The position numbers and the translations under genes were made by a program. Below, piece after piece: positions 51,289 through 61,573 of a stretch of DNA of 64,000 nt (the stretch's first letter is position 1; each line of letters starts with the position of its first letter). Below the pieces are notes generated by a model, which was not told the DNA's origin, did not search any database, and saw nothing but the letters and a program-made list of their open reading frames with translations. The stretch is taken from the IMG/VR virus record IMGVR_UViG_3300013383_000002, positions 57,437 to 121,436 of that record, one strand, 5' to 3'. The stretch is from a virus. Taxonomy: Duplodnaviria; Caudoviricetes.

Positions 51289-51516
51289 ATGGTTCGTTTT
51301 GAGGTAACTATTGGTTGGTGGGATGATTCTAATTATCAGGAGAAAATTGAACGAGGCATTGCTTGTGGCCCGACTGCAAAGGATGCTCTCGCGCAAATTG
51401 AAGAATATTATGGAGAAGATATTCAGGACGTGAAGATTGTTTATTCTGACGATATGGCAGATAATGTCTATATTGGTGAATGGGATGATTCCAATTGGTT
51501 GACGAAGGAGGACTAA
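51289..51516 (+). CDS. hypothetical acidic protein
   Basis: intact paralogue of frameshifted 44781-45031. Confidence 0.65.
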   Translation: MVRFEVTIGWWDDSNYQEKIERGIACGPTAKDALAQIEEYYGEDIQDVKIVYSDDMADNVYIGEWDDSNWLTKED

Positions 51517-51517
51517 T

Positions 51518-51976
51518 ATGAGTACCACTTATTCTTTCTATTTCAAAGGTAACGACGGCAAATTCTATCCTTTCGATAGCTTCGGTGGCGGTTCTAAGGT
51601 CGCTGAAGGAATGGATGCACAGTTTGGAAGGAATTACGCCTACGAAGTTCCCAAGCCTCTTGCCAAGGCTGACCTAAAAGATATTATTGTTTTTGAAGAA
51701 GACCGTGTACGATCGTCTGAGAAACGAATTGAAGAATATCGTCAGCGACAGAAAGACATTGGAACTTGGGACAATAGCGTTAATGATAAGATTCAGGCAA
51801 TTTCTGACCTCGATGAAACAATCGACGAAGAGAAGTGCGACCTTTCTTATTACAGACGCGCGGTTTACTTCTTCGAGTTTCTTGCTGGAATTTTGGACGA
51901 AGCAGAGTATTCATATGCTGATGACAGTAATGCCAATGTCGATGCGAATAACTATATCTATTGGGAGGTTTCGTAA
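51518..51976 (+). CDS. hypothetical protein
   Basis: paralogue of 45033-45482. Confidence 0.7.
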   Translation: MSTTYSFYFKGNDGKFYPFDSFGGGSKVAEGMDAQFGRNYAYEVPKPLAKADLKDIIVFEEDRVRSSEKRIEEYRQRQKDIGTWDNSVNDKIQAISDLDETIDEEKCDLSYYRRAVYFFEFLAGILDEAEYSYADDSNANVDANNYIYWEVS

Positions 51977-52398
51977 TGCGGAAGCCAATTACCAGAATTT
52001 CCTTCGGCCTTTTCTATGGCTCTTTTTGGATGAAGCTGAAAGACATTCCTATTCTTCTAAAGAGAGTCGTTTATACGTTGCGCCATGGATACCCTCCGCA
52101 GGCTACTTGGGAAATTTACGAGTGGCATCGGCGTGTGATGCTTGAAACACTTTCGGAGTTTAGGAAGAATCTTCACGGTTATCCGGCTTTCCCCGACAAT
52201 GAGGAAGCTAGTCCAGAAGAACAATATGATAAGTGGGGCGCAATCATTGACGAAATGTGTCAGTATCTGGACACTATGAATGAGGACAATTATGACCTCT
52301 CCATTGAGAATTTTGAAAAAAGCGACCTCGCGCGCGAAGAAGCAAAAGACAAGTTTTTTGAGCTATTCTCTAAATACTACTTTCACCTGTGGGATTGA
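51976..52398 (+). CDS. hypothetical protein
   Basis: paralogue of 45482-45874. Confidence 0.7.
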   Translation: MRKPITRISFGLFYGSFWMKLKDIPILLKRVVYTLRHGYPPQATWEIYEWHRRVMLETLSEFRKNLHGYPAFPDNEEASPEEQYDKWGAIIDEMCQYLDTMNEDNYDLSIENFEKSDLAREEAKDKFFELFSKYYFHLWD

Positions 52399-52697
52399 GT
52401 TCTCACAGGGTTTTTATATTAGTAATTTGAATTTTGACCATAAAAATGATATAATATTTATACAAAATGAGGAAAGGAAAAAGAACCAATATGACTAGAA
52501 AGTGTTACATCAAGAAAGCTCGCTATCTCCTTTGGCGCCTAGCTTCCCGCAAATAAGAATACTGACCATAGAGATTTTTATTGGAGTATTTGGCAGAAGG
52601 ACGTTCCAACGCCTTCTGAGCTGAGATGCTCCTATGACGAAGCGTGGGCTAATGTAGTAAAGACTGTGAGAAATATCGAAGGAATGGAGGACATTGA

Positions 52698-53024
52698 ATG
52701 AGACTTTGGATTGATGATGTAAGGCCTGCTCCGGAAGGTTTTATTTGGGTTCAGACCGTCAAAGACGCTGAGGCGATGATTAGGTGCTATGAGAGAACTT
52801 TCTCTCACGACACTCTCGTGATTAGTTTTGACCATGATGCAGGCGAGTTCGCGCGGAATGGTAGGGATTATATTGAGATTTTGAATTGGCTTGAAACCGA
52901 AGGTATTGTTGATACTGGTTACTTCTTCCACCTCCATTCGATGAACCCGGTTGGAGTGGAGAATATGAGAAGAATTATTCAAAAGAATAGTTGGAGAGAA
53001 ATTCGTTGGTTGGAGGTAATTTGA
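52698..53024 (+). CDS. cyclic-phosphate processing receiver-like domain protein
   Basis: LWIDDVRPAP, ISFDHD, HSMNPVG. Confidence 0.72.
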   Translation: MRLWIDDVRPAPEGFIWVQTVKDAEAMIRCYERTFSHDTLVISFDHDAGEFARNGRDYIEILNWLETEGIVDTGYFFHLHSMNPVGVENMRRIIQKNSWREIRWLEVI

Positions 53025-53551
53025 TGGGTAGAGCATTGATACTTCAGAATTATGACGAGTTTTGCGTCTATCTTGAAAGTCTTTACTTTTATAGAAAAAG
53101 ATTTGATAGCTTGCGCAAGTTCTTTTCGGCCATGATGTTCGCGCACATCGAGGAATTTGAAGTGCGTACTTTGGACTATATGTTCGTGAAAGATAATAAA
53201 GAAAGAGAAATCTTTGAAAAAATTTTTTGTGATAAAGTGATGTCAGCGCAGGAATTGAGCGAAGGTTGGGTTTTGCTTTGGGAATCAAAAAGCGCCCATG
53301 AAGGTTTTAATGAAATTTTTGAATGAAAAAGGAGAGAAAGAAAATGAAGGTGTACATGATTGGTGAATATATGTTTGACGGTGGCGAAACCGCCTATCGC
53401 GCTTTCTATGAAGAAGCTGATGCCAAGCGTTTCGCGCGCGAACTGATTGAGGAATGTGTCGAAGAAGATTATGTAGAGAAAGATTGGGAAGAATTCCTAG
53501 AGACATGGAACTGCGTTGAATGTTTTATGGAAGAACTGGAGGTAGAGTGAA

Positions 53552-54037
53552 GTGGAGAGTTATCTAGTCGTTGATGGGCAGAAATTTGATCTGACGAAAG
53601 AAGAGTTTGAAAAGATTAGCGCGACGGTCGATTTCCAGAAGAAAAAAGTCTTTAATATCGAAAGGGGTAAGGAATACTATTATATTGACGATAGAGGAGG
53701 GCTATATCTTTCCAGAAAGATAAAACATGAAGGAGATGACATAGACAAGGCAAGAGCCCTGGTCGGTAATATGTGCGCGAACTATGAGATAATGAAGAAG
53801 CGCGCGAATTATGAAGCTTTTGAGCGCATTCTTTGGCGTTACTCGGAGGAACATGGTGGGTGCGGAAAATTTTATCCATGCTGGACTTTTGAACATGGTT
53901 GGGATTATTATTATACTACAGAGGCTCATTGTCTGGGACCATCTTTTGTTTCTGCGAAAGTTGTGAGGGATGCTATTGAGTGCGGGAAGAAATGGCTTCA
54001 GTCGGTTGGGTTGACAGAGAATGACATTTTTTATTGA
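53552..54037 (+). CDS. hypothetical protein
   Basis: 161 aa; terminator hairpin at 54036-54063. Confidence 0.65.
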   Translation: MESYLVVDGQKFDLTKEEFEKISATVDFQKKKVFNIERGKEYYYIDDRGGLYLSRKIKHEGDDIDKARALVGNMCANYEIMKKRANYEAFERILWRYSEEHGGCGKFYPCWTFEHGWDYYYTTEAHCLGPSFVSAKVVRDAIECGKKWLQSVGLTENDIFY

Positions 54038-54089
54038 GAGCTAGAGAAATCTAGCTCTCTTTTATTGTAAACCGTAAAAACCATTCTTC

Positions 54090-54191
54090 CTGACTTTTAA
54101 AAGTCAGTTTCCCTGATTTTTATGGTGTGATTACAAAAATCAGTCTGACTGACTTTTAAAAGTCAGTCCGCATGGTTTTTAAAAGTCAGTC
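54090..54191. repeat. palindromic repeats with ACTTTTAAAAGT core
   Basis: CTGACTTTTAAAAGTCAG at 54090 and 54149, partial copy at 54174, related inverted repeat at 54113-54143. Confidence 0.85.
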
Positions 54192-54276
54192 GGCCTGATG
54201 AGAAAAATAAAAGAAATAAATAAAATAAATAAAAGGGGAAACGAAAAAAAGAAAAAAAGGAGCGCAAAGCGCTCCC

Positions 54277-54636
54277 TCAAGAAGGATAGGGAATGAAATC
54301 ATAATGAACCTTTGAGCCTTCACGTAATTTGAGATAGCCAGCAGCAATTAGAAGATTGAAAGCTGTTTGGTAAGCAGTTTTCTTTACTCCTAATGTGGCA
54401 GAAAGCTCTTCTGGACTCAATCCTATCGTATATCCATCTTCATTTTTGAAAAAGTATTCCCAAAGCAATCCACATAAAGGATTACCTGTGCGCTTGACGA
54501 CGAGACAAACATCCGCCCAATAGGCAATAATCATAGAGCCTCCCGCGCCATCAATTCGGCCTTCTTTCATTTTCTTATGATTGGTGACTCGGCGCTGATT
54601 TGGGTAAAAATTCTGATTCTGATTCTGATTTGGCAT
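54277..54636 (-). CDS. winged-helix protein, paralogue of 12509-12868
   Basis: shared NFYPNQRR, LWxYFxKNxDxYT, SPEE, GYLKLREG, HYDFIP. Confidence 0.75.
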   Translation of the reverse strand: MPNQNQNQNFYPNQRRVTNHKKMKEGRIDGAGGSMIIAYWADVCLVVKRTGNPLCGLLWEYFFKNEDGYTIGLSPEELSATLGVKKTAYQTAFNLLIAAGYLKLREGSKVHYDFIPYPS

Positions 54637-54646
54637 TTGAATTACC

Positions 54647-54820
54647 TCATTTTTTCCCTTGAGAGTATTCGCGCATTACTTCTCTCAATTCAAAAGTATC
54701 TTCAAATATCCAGTTAGAAAAGTTTGGACGAGAAATGTCTTGGATAACTTTGAGTATTTTGAAGTCGCGTGCGGTCAAATACTCAGCAAGGCGCTTACTA
54801 TAGATGCGTATGGTTTTCAT
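54647..54820 (-). CDS. DUF5659-like small protein, 57 aa (not in ORF track)
   Basis: MKTIRIYSKRLAEYL...NWIFEDTFELRE; GGAGG RBS. Confidence 0.7.
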   Translation of the reverse strand: MKTIRIYSKRLAEYLTARDFKILKVIQDISRPNFSNWIFEDTFELREVMREYSQGKK

Positions 54821-54875
54821 TCTAACCTCCGATATTTATTTTCTATTTTTATTATACTTCTTTTTAGTCGGAAAC

Positions 54876-55244
54876 TCAAGTTTCTTTGAATTCCTTCTGC
54901 TCAATCGCCATCGCCAGCCAATCCCGAAACTGGGCGTAGCTCATGGAGCGCGCCACGTCATCTTCAATTATGACGAGTCCTAGCTGGTGGTCGCGCGCGA
55001 ACTCCTCTTTCAACACGTAGTTTTTCTTTGTGTGTTCTTTTGCGTTCTCGTAATGGATATCAATTAGGAGAAGTAGTTGATAGGGGACATAGCTCGTGTC
55101 TAGAATCCCAAAGGAATAACCAGTCGGCGCCCCGTGAGCTGAGCGCAACTCCTTGAAGGTGTAGAACATTACATAATGAAAGCCCCATTCATCTAGGGCT
55201 TTTGCGACCATGTTTTCGGTATATGTTTTGTGGTAACGAAGCAT
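54876..55244 (-). CDS. hypothetical protein
   Basis: AGGAGG RBS; weak resemblance to endonuclease C-termini. Confidence 0.6.
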   Translation of the reverse strand: MLRYHKTYTENMVAKALDEWGFHYVMFYTFKELRSAHGAPTGYSFGILDTSYVPYQLLLLIDIHYENAKEHTKKNYVLKEEFARDHQLGLVIIEDDVARSMSYAQFRDWLAMAIEQKEFKET

Positions 55245-55269
55245 GCGCGCCTCCTTTAGTAAGTTTTCT

Positions 55270-55897
55270 TCTGTTAGAAAGAGGGAAGAAAATTTGAGGA
55301 CTCAAAATTTTTGAGAGGAATACAAGAAAAACCTCTTATAACTGGAAATAAAAAAATCTGTTAGAGAAAACGGATAAGAATATTTTTGTAAGAAATAGAG
55401 CGTACAAGATAATGGTTTAGAAGTAAGGGAGTATAGAAGAAAGAAAAAAAGTAGAAAATATAGAGGAAGAAAAATAATATGGGAAAATAAAAGAGGAAGA
55501 AAAGAAAAAAAAATTAGAAGAAGGGTATAAATAGAAGGGCGTAAAAGAAGGAAGACAAAAGAAGGGGAGAAAGAAAAAAAGAGAAACGAAGGAAATAGAG
55601 AAGAAAGAAAAGAAAAGGGCGTAATCAATAGAACTAATAAGAGGGGAAAAGTAAAATTGGAGAAAAGAAAAAAGTAGAATAGAGGGAAGGAAGAGAAAAA
55701 ATCGTAGAAAAAGAGGGAGAAAAGAAAAAAAAATTCCAAAAAAGAGGGAGAAAAGAAAAAAAATAGAAGAAGGGAAGAGAAAAGAGGGAAGGAAGAGAAA
55801 AGAGGGGAGAAAGGAAAGGGGATAAAATGGGAGAAGTAGAAGAAGCAATGGTTTAGAAGCAATGGCTTAGAAGCAATGGCTTAGAAGCAATGGCTTA
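55270..55897 (+). repeat. purine-rich low-complexity tract ending in ~4 x 14-bp AGAAGCAATGG(C/T)TT
   Basis: strong A/G strand bias; tandem units from about 55841 to 55896. Confidence 0.85.
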
Positions 55898-56241
55898 TAT
55901 ATAGTAGGGATGGCACAGTTCCCCACGTGGGAGGGGTAGAGTGCGTGTCCGGACGATGGCGATCAATGGTTGTGGCCATTGGCAGATTGAGATAGGTATA
56001 GATATGTTGAGATAGATAGATTTCTCGCACAAAATTCAAATTATTTCAAAAATTCATTTCATTTTAAAATTATCTTCTGTTAAAGATTCAATCCATTTCA
56101 AAATTATTATTATTTATACGATATCGCGACAGCAAAATTTGACATCACATAACATGACATCAGAAGATAAAGAATAAGCCCCAGCGAAGAAGCCAGGGCT
56201 TATGAGCTATAGCTTATAATCTTTCTATAGGGGTAGAGAGC

Positions 56242-56610
56242 TTAGGAAAGTTTATATCCCTTCTGGGTTCCCTTCTTACCCTCAATCTTCATATCAATCT
56301 TCTCAAGCGTTCCGTTCTCAACAAGGAGTTTCAGAAGAGAAGGCACCGACTGGGGCTTCACAGTTTCAGTCAGTCCCGCTGCTTCAATTAGCATAGTGGC
56401 AGTCTGCGGTTCATTCGTCATAACGTCCATCAGAGCGTTACGAATAGGTTCCTTCTCGGCGTCCTTCGCGGCTCGCTTCTCAGCTGTCTTCGCACGGTTC
56501 TTCTCATTCGCAGCGTCCATCAGTTCCAGCTCGTGTGCGGCGAATTCAACCAGTTCAGCGGGCATGTCTTCAGCGGTAGCGATAGTGTTCAGAAATTCTC
56601 TCTTAGTCAT
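56242..56610 (-). CDS. hypothetical DNA-binding-like protein
   Basis: MTKREF...KGYKL; paralogue of 58714-59091. Confidence 0.7.
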   Translation of the reverse strand: MTKREFLNTIATAEDMPAELVEFAAHELELMDAANEKNRAKTAEKRAAKDAEKEPIRNALMDVMTNEPQTATMLIEAAGLTETVKPQSVPSLLKLLVENGTLEKIDMKIEGKKGTQKGYKLS

Positions 56611-57228
56611 ACTAGTATCCTTCTTTCAATTTTCTAATAGATGGGTTTATATCCCCGATTTTAGAAATGGAAGAAGATAATCGAACGTAAGTCGCAGCTT
56701 ATGCGCGGTTCCACTATGTGGAGGTTTCGTTTCTTCTTTCCCTCAGTTTCTATATATATTATACCAGTTTTTTGCTGCGAAATCAAAATTGCGCCAGTCA
56801 CGTAACATGACATTTTAGTGCGCGCTGTCATGTAACATTGCAATTCGCCGTGTCAAATTTACAGTCGCAAAAAATGTTTTTTATTTTTTAAGAGGAAATT
56901 TCCATTGGTGCCTCTACAAATTTCATATAAGCCAGCTTATATAAGCCCAGCTTATGCGTCCGAAATTTGACTTTTTATTGAAGTCCCAGCTTATTCGCAG
57001 CTTATACGATGCCGCGCTGCGAAATTTGACAAGAAGGCGAACGTTCGCGCGGACACGACATATTATACGTAGGGCGGCAAATGTAATGTTACGTGACAGG
57101 AAGCGCAGTAAAGTGATATGTTATGTAAGACGTAAAATTTGACAAAAAGTGGAATTTAGACGAAGAACGTCTAAATACGGCAAGAAAGAAAAAAAGGACA
57201 CATAACGCGTCCTTTTTCTCTCTATACG

Positions 57229-57975
57229 TCAACGCACTACAAACTTATTTTTTGTCTTATAATACGTCGCGCGCGTTCCTCTCACGATGAAACGGCCTTC
57301 CGGAATGTCAATTGTAAAGTCGCGCATCACTTTGCGCTCAATGGAACGAAATGCTTGATAGTCCCCTTCTAAATCCGCGCCCCGGTCAAGACAACTAAAC
57401 AGAATTTCGGACTCAATTTCACTATCAGAAAGCGCGGTGTGATCTTCGACAAATGAAGTGTCAGAACGGATGTAACGCGTCAATGTTTCGGCAGTCGTAG
57501 AATAGTGCCCGCTTTCGGTAAAAGCCCCGTTTTCTTCGCACCATGCGCGGAAAGTATCATCAATCATAAAGTGATGAACGAATCCGCGAATGTCGGAAAT
57601 TGGAACATTGTCAAAAGGATTGATAACTTTAAACCAATCACAATTGAAGTCAAAAACTTTTTCATCGAAAGAGGAATTATATGCGAATGCGCGTTCAACT
57701 TCATAATTTCGGAAGTCGCGGAGCATCTGTTGTGTCACGTAACCGAACTTTTCCATTCGGATGGCGCGCGCTCTCAAAGCTCCGACATAAATAGAACGTT
57801 TGTTTGCGTAGTATGCTGTATTGAAAAGTGGGAGATTGTGCCAAATTTGCTCAATGACAAACTCACGCTTTACAAGGCAAGCGCGGGTTTCTGTATCAAG
57901 AATCAAATAACCGACGTTATAACAATAGGGTTTCTCTAGGCTTGTCGTTTCCGTGTCGAATACACAAATGTTCAT
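57229..57975 (-). CDS. DEDDh 3'-5' exonuclease
   Basis: VFDTETT, AYNSSFD, HTALSD. Confidence 0.85.
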   Translation of the reverse strand: MNICVFDTETTSLEKPYCYNVGYLILDTETRACLVKREFVIEQIWHNLPLFNTAYYANKRSIYVGALRARAIRMEKFGYVTQQMLRDFRNYEVERAFAYNSSFDEKVFDFNCDWFKVINPFDNVPISDIRGFVHHFMIDDTFRAWCEENGAFTESGHYSTTAETLTRYIRSDTSFVEDHTALSDSEIESEILFSCLDRGADLEGDYQAFRSIERKVMRDFTIDIPEGRFIVRGTRATYYKTKNKFVVR

Positions 57976-58146
57976 TTTCAAAATCCTTTCATATTTCATT
58001 GAGGGGTCATTCATCCTCTCTCAACGTGCTCATATTATACCATAGGAATTTGAAAAAGTCAAGAACTTTTTTTGACGTGTTACATTGCGCGCGACTCTTA
58101 GTTTTAGACGTTTTTCGTCTAAAAAAAGAAAAAAGAGAATGACGCT

Positions 58147-58530
58147 TTACGCGTCATCCTCCTGCTTTTCCTTTTCGCGTTCCTCTCGCTTGCGCTTTGC
58201 CTCTGCGCGATTCTTTTCATCACGTGCAATTTTTTCGGCTTTCTTTGCGTCGGCCTCCGCCTTTTTCGCGCGCTTTGCCTCGGTTTCTTGCGCGTAATTC
58301 TGCGCCTCCTCGTAACCGTCATAAGGAATATAACATTTATTTGCCTTATCGCGCTCACCCTTAGGAATACTAAAAGCAATATTCAAATATCCCTCGTCAT
58401 CGCCGCGCACCCACGGAATCGAAATAGTTCCGCTCTTGACCTGTAACACATCTTCGCCTTTACTCTCGAACAGTTCGCGCACTGCGGACATAAACTCTTC
58501 GCGGATTGCAGTTTCAATTTTACTTGCCAT
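58147..58530 (-). CDS. hypothetical protein with basic coiled-coil tail
   Basis: own promoter; ends DA-stop. Confidence 0.7.
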   Translation of the reverse strand: MASKIETAIREEFMSAVRELFESKGEDVLQVKSGTISIPWVRGDDEGYLNIAFSIPKGERDKANKCYIPYDGYEEAQNYAQETEAKRAKKAEADAKKAEKIARDEKNRAEAKRKREEREKEKQEDDA

Positions 58531-58713
58531 ACTTTTTGACTTCCTTTCTTTCATTTGGTAACTAGATTATAGCATAAATTTTTGAAAAAGTCAAGATTTA
58601 TTTTTTTCAAATTTGACGTTTAACATGGCACTCGCGCGAAAACTTTTAGACGATGGACGTCTAATTCCTTTGATAAAAAAAGGGACGTCATATTATGTGA
58701 CGTCCCATTACGT

Positions 58714-59091
58714 TTACTCGGCATCGCTCGGTTCGGTGCCTGCGAGGGTGTAACCCTTCGCCTTGCCCTTCCCCTTTACCTTGACTTCAGCAGAAGTCAC
58801 TTCACCAGACTTCTCAAGAATACGGAGCAGGGAAGAACACTTCTGAACACTCTTCAGTTCCGACTTTGCCTCAAAGAGGTCAGAGGCGGTAATGGGATGG
58901 TCGGCAGTTGCGAGAACTTCGCGCACGATGGGCAGAAGTGCTTCGTTTTCCTTCTGCGCCTTGGTCGGCTTTGACGAACGTTCGGCGTTCTTCTTATCCA
59001 TTGCAGACAGAAGCGCGGACGCCTTTTCGGAAATTTCGGCAGGGATGTTTCCCATAGACAGAACGGCGTTGTAGAATTCACGAGTAGTCAT
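58714..59091 (-). CDS. hypothetical DNA-binding-like protein
   Basis: MTTREF...SVQKCSSLLR...KGYTL. Confidence 0.7.
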   Translation of the reverse strand: MTTREFYNAVLSMGNIPAEISEKASALLSAMDKKNAERSSKPTKAQKENEALLPIVREVLATADHPITASDLFEAKSELKSVQKCSSLLRILEKSGEVTSAEVKVKGKGKAKGYTLAGTEPSDAE

Positions 59092-59423
59092 AATTTTTCC
59101 TTCCATTTTTAGCGTTGGTCGCAACCCTATTTTTTATATTCAAGAGGTTTCCTCTCTTGATTACGCCCTTATTATATCATAGATTTTTGAATTTGTCAAG
59201 AGGAAAATTTATTTTTCAAACATTTTTGGATTGGTTCTGTATTGGTTTACCTTAGTGTTATTCCCTCTTGACATTATGAATTATATCATAATCCGCGCGG
59301 AAAATCAAGAAGAAAATTTAGAAATTCTGTCATGTAAGATGACTTCGCGCGAGAAATTTTAGACGAAGAACGTCTAATTGAAAATATAAGAAAAGCCCCA
59401 TAAAGGGGCAATTCTTTTTTTAT

Positions 59424-59672
59424 TCAACGTTTTTTCCATTCGACACGGCGTTCCATATCAATAAAAGTAATAGCGACTGTACAGAAAGATCTTTTCCCCT
59501 CTCCTTCATAATCCCACCTAGCAACATAAGCAAGGCCATTTTTGCGCTTTCTCCATGCGGTGACTGATCTTTCCGGGGCGTGCTCCTTGACAATCGCTTC
59601 GGCATAGTCCATGGCACGCTGAAGATTGCAAAAATATTCGCCGTTTACTCTGTAAATAGTCTGCATAGTCAA
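59424..59672 (-). CDS. hypothetical protein
   Basis: AGGAG RBS; own promoter. Confidence 0.6.
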   Translation of the reverse strand: MTMQTIYRVNGEYFCNLQRAMDYAEAIVKEHAPERSVTAWRKRKNGLAYVARWDYEGEGKRSFCTVAITFIDMERRVEWKKR

Positions 59673-59829
59673 TTCTCCTTTTTGTGGTAAGTCACAACCT
59701 ATTTTATTTTGTTGAGTTCCTGTCTCAACCTTGTAACTAGATTATAACATACAGATTTGATTTTGTCAATAGTTTTTTGAAATTTTTTTAGACGGTCTAC
59801 GTCTAATAAAAACAAAAAAAGGTGACGCC

Positions 59830-60288
59830 TTATGCGTCACCAATCGAACGGAGAAAATCAAAAATTTCTGTCACGTCATATGCCTGTCCGCCTGCTTCGC
59901 TCCATTCGTCGCGATTCTGTTTTTCATCGTCGAAAAGAAAACCCCCGCGCAACGTTCCGACTTTGCTTTTTGGCGTGCCATACTGGACAACGCAAATTTC
60001 ATCAAATCGAACGCTTTTCAAATGACGCGTAAGCCATTCAATTTTTGCGCGGCGAACTTCTTCTAAAAATTTTTCGTCGCGGTCTTTACTCCCCCACGAT
60101 ACAACACGGATTTTCCATCCATTACGCTGAAGAGTATTCAAACGTCGCGCAAGTCTTGACAGATTGAGAAGTGCGCGCGCGTCTTTATAGGGGCTTGCGT
60201 CGTATGCACGGATTTTGGGGAGCCAATCTTTGACGCCGTAAAAATCGACGATTGTTCCGTCCATATCCAAACTAATAATTTTTTCCAT
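59830..60288 (-). CDS. HAD-family 5'(3')-deoxyribonucleotidase-like protein
   Basis: LDMDGTIVD, K..WL..H, LFDD. Confidence 0.78.
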   Translation of the reverse strand: MEKIISLDMDGTIVDFYGVKDWLPKIRAYDASPYKDARALLNLSRLARRLNTLQRNGWKIRVVSWGSKDRDEKFLEEVRRAKIEWLTRHLKSVRFDEICVVQYGTPKSKVGTLRGGFLFDDEKQNRDEWSEAGGQAYDVTEIFDFLRSIGDA

Positions 60289-60440
60289 TTCAAAAACTCC
60301 TTTCTTTTTGTATCTAAATTATATCATAGTTTTCTTTTTTTGTCAATAAGAATTTTAGAAAATTTTGTCATATAAGATAACATCGGTTTAGAAACTTTTA
60401 GACGACTGACGTCTAAGAGAAATGGAAAAAGAGGGACGCT

Positions 60441-60806
60441 TTACGCGTCCTCTCCTACGATTTCCCGAATATCATCAGGAAGTAGTTCACAAATTCTTGC
60501 CATAATGTCAACCGCAGTCAGCCACCCTTCGACATCATCACCAACTTCTTCTTTATTGACAAGTGGCGCACCCATTGCTTCAATCAGTCCACGCTCGTGT
60601 CCATAACTTCCGCCATGGCAAACGCAATCGGCCACTCGTTCACCCGTGCGAACGTCCATAAAGATAACTTGCGGGCGTCCAAAACATTCTGTTACAGAAT
60701 AAATATACTTTTCCGGTGGGCAAATCTTCAAGTAGTCAATGAGTTTGTCCATTTCGGTCTTTTCAGGAATACCGCCATACATTTCTTCGAATGCTTTATA
60801 ATCCAT
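60441..60806 (-). CDS. hypothetical protein
   Basis: CHGGSYGHERGLIE...VEGWLTA; own promoter. Confidence 0.72.
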   Translation of the reverse strand: MDYKAFEEMYGGIPEKTEMDKLIDYLKICPPEKYIYSVTECFGRPQVIFMDVRTGERVADCVCHGGSYGHERGLIEAMGAPLVNKEEVGDDVEGWLTAVDIMARICELLPDDIREIVGEDA

Positions 60807-61182
60807 TTTAGAATCTCCTTTTCTTTTATTTAGTAACTAAATTATAACACAAAAAAATAAAAAAGTCAAGAACTTTTTTATTAGACGAATCACGTCTAAT
60901 TTCCCACTAGAAGAAACGCGCGGTGATGGTTGCCCGCGCATTTCAATGTAAACAAAACAAAGACACAAAAGAAAGGAAGCACTATTTTCTCCAACCATCA
61001 GGAGGAAACAGTATCAATAAAGAAGATTTTTCCTAACCCACCCACAACCATCTTCTTTTTGATTTAGTAAAATTTTCTGAAAATCTTTCCCTTGACTATT
61101 TATATTATACTATATTTTCTGAAAAAGTCAAGAAGAATATTTAGACGGAAGACGTCTAAACTAAAAAGAAAAGGCGACGCTT

Positions 61183-61573
61183 TATGCATCAACCCCATAC
61201 TTTTTTCATTACTTCTTTCAATTCTTCAATTCTATCGGCGGGCGGTACCAATAGAACAAGGCCTTATCATAAACAAAAAGACCTTTTTCTCTTTTATTAC
61301 AACTTCCGTCGCTACTCCAAGGAGAAATAATTCCCATGAAACCAAAAAATTCGTCAATAATTGGAATTGCTCTAACATCATCAACAAAAATTCCCCAAAT
61401 TTCAGTGCCATAAATTACGCGGTCAACAGGAACTACTTCTCTATCTTTACCGAAAAAAACCATATCTTGAGTATAACCGCCAATCTTTTCAAAGATTTTG
61501 TGCTTTTGACACCCAAATTCAGTATCAAAAACTTCTCCGCAAAGGTCACAAATTATTTACTAACAATAGTCAT
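61183..61573 (-). pseudogene. frameshifted small gene
   Basis: ATG at 61573 stops after 6 codons; the shifted frame reads ICDLCGEVF... into the 61218-61463 ORF. Confidence 0.5.

Noticed and set aside
55302-55862. Phe/Leu/Ser-rich ORFs of 186 and 143 aa
   Set aside because: Artefacts of the pyrimidine-rich strand; no RBS.
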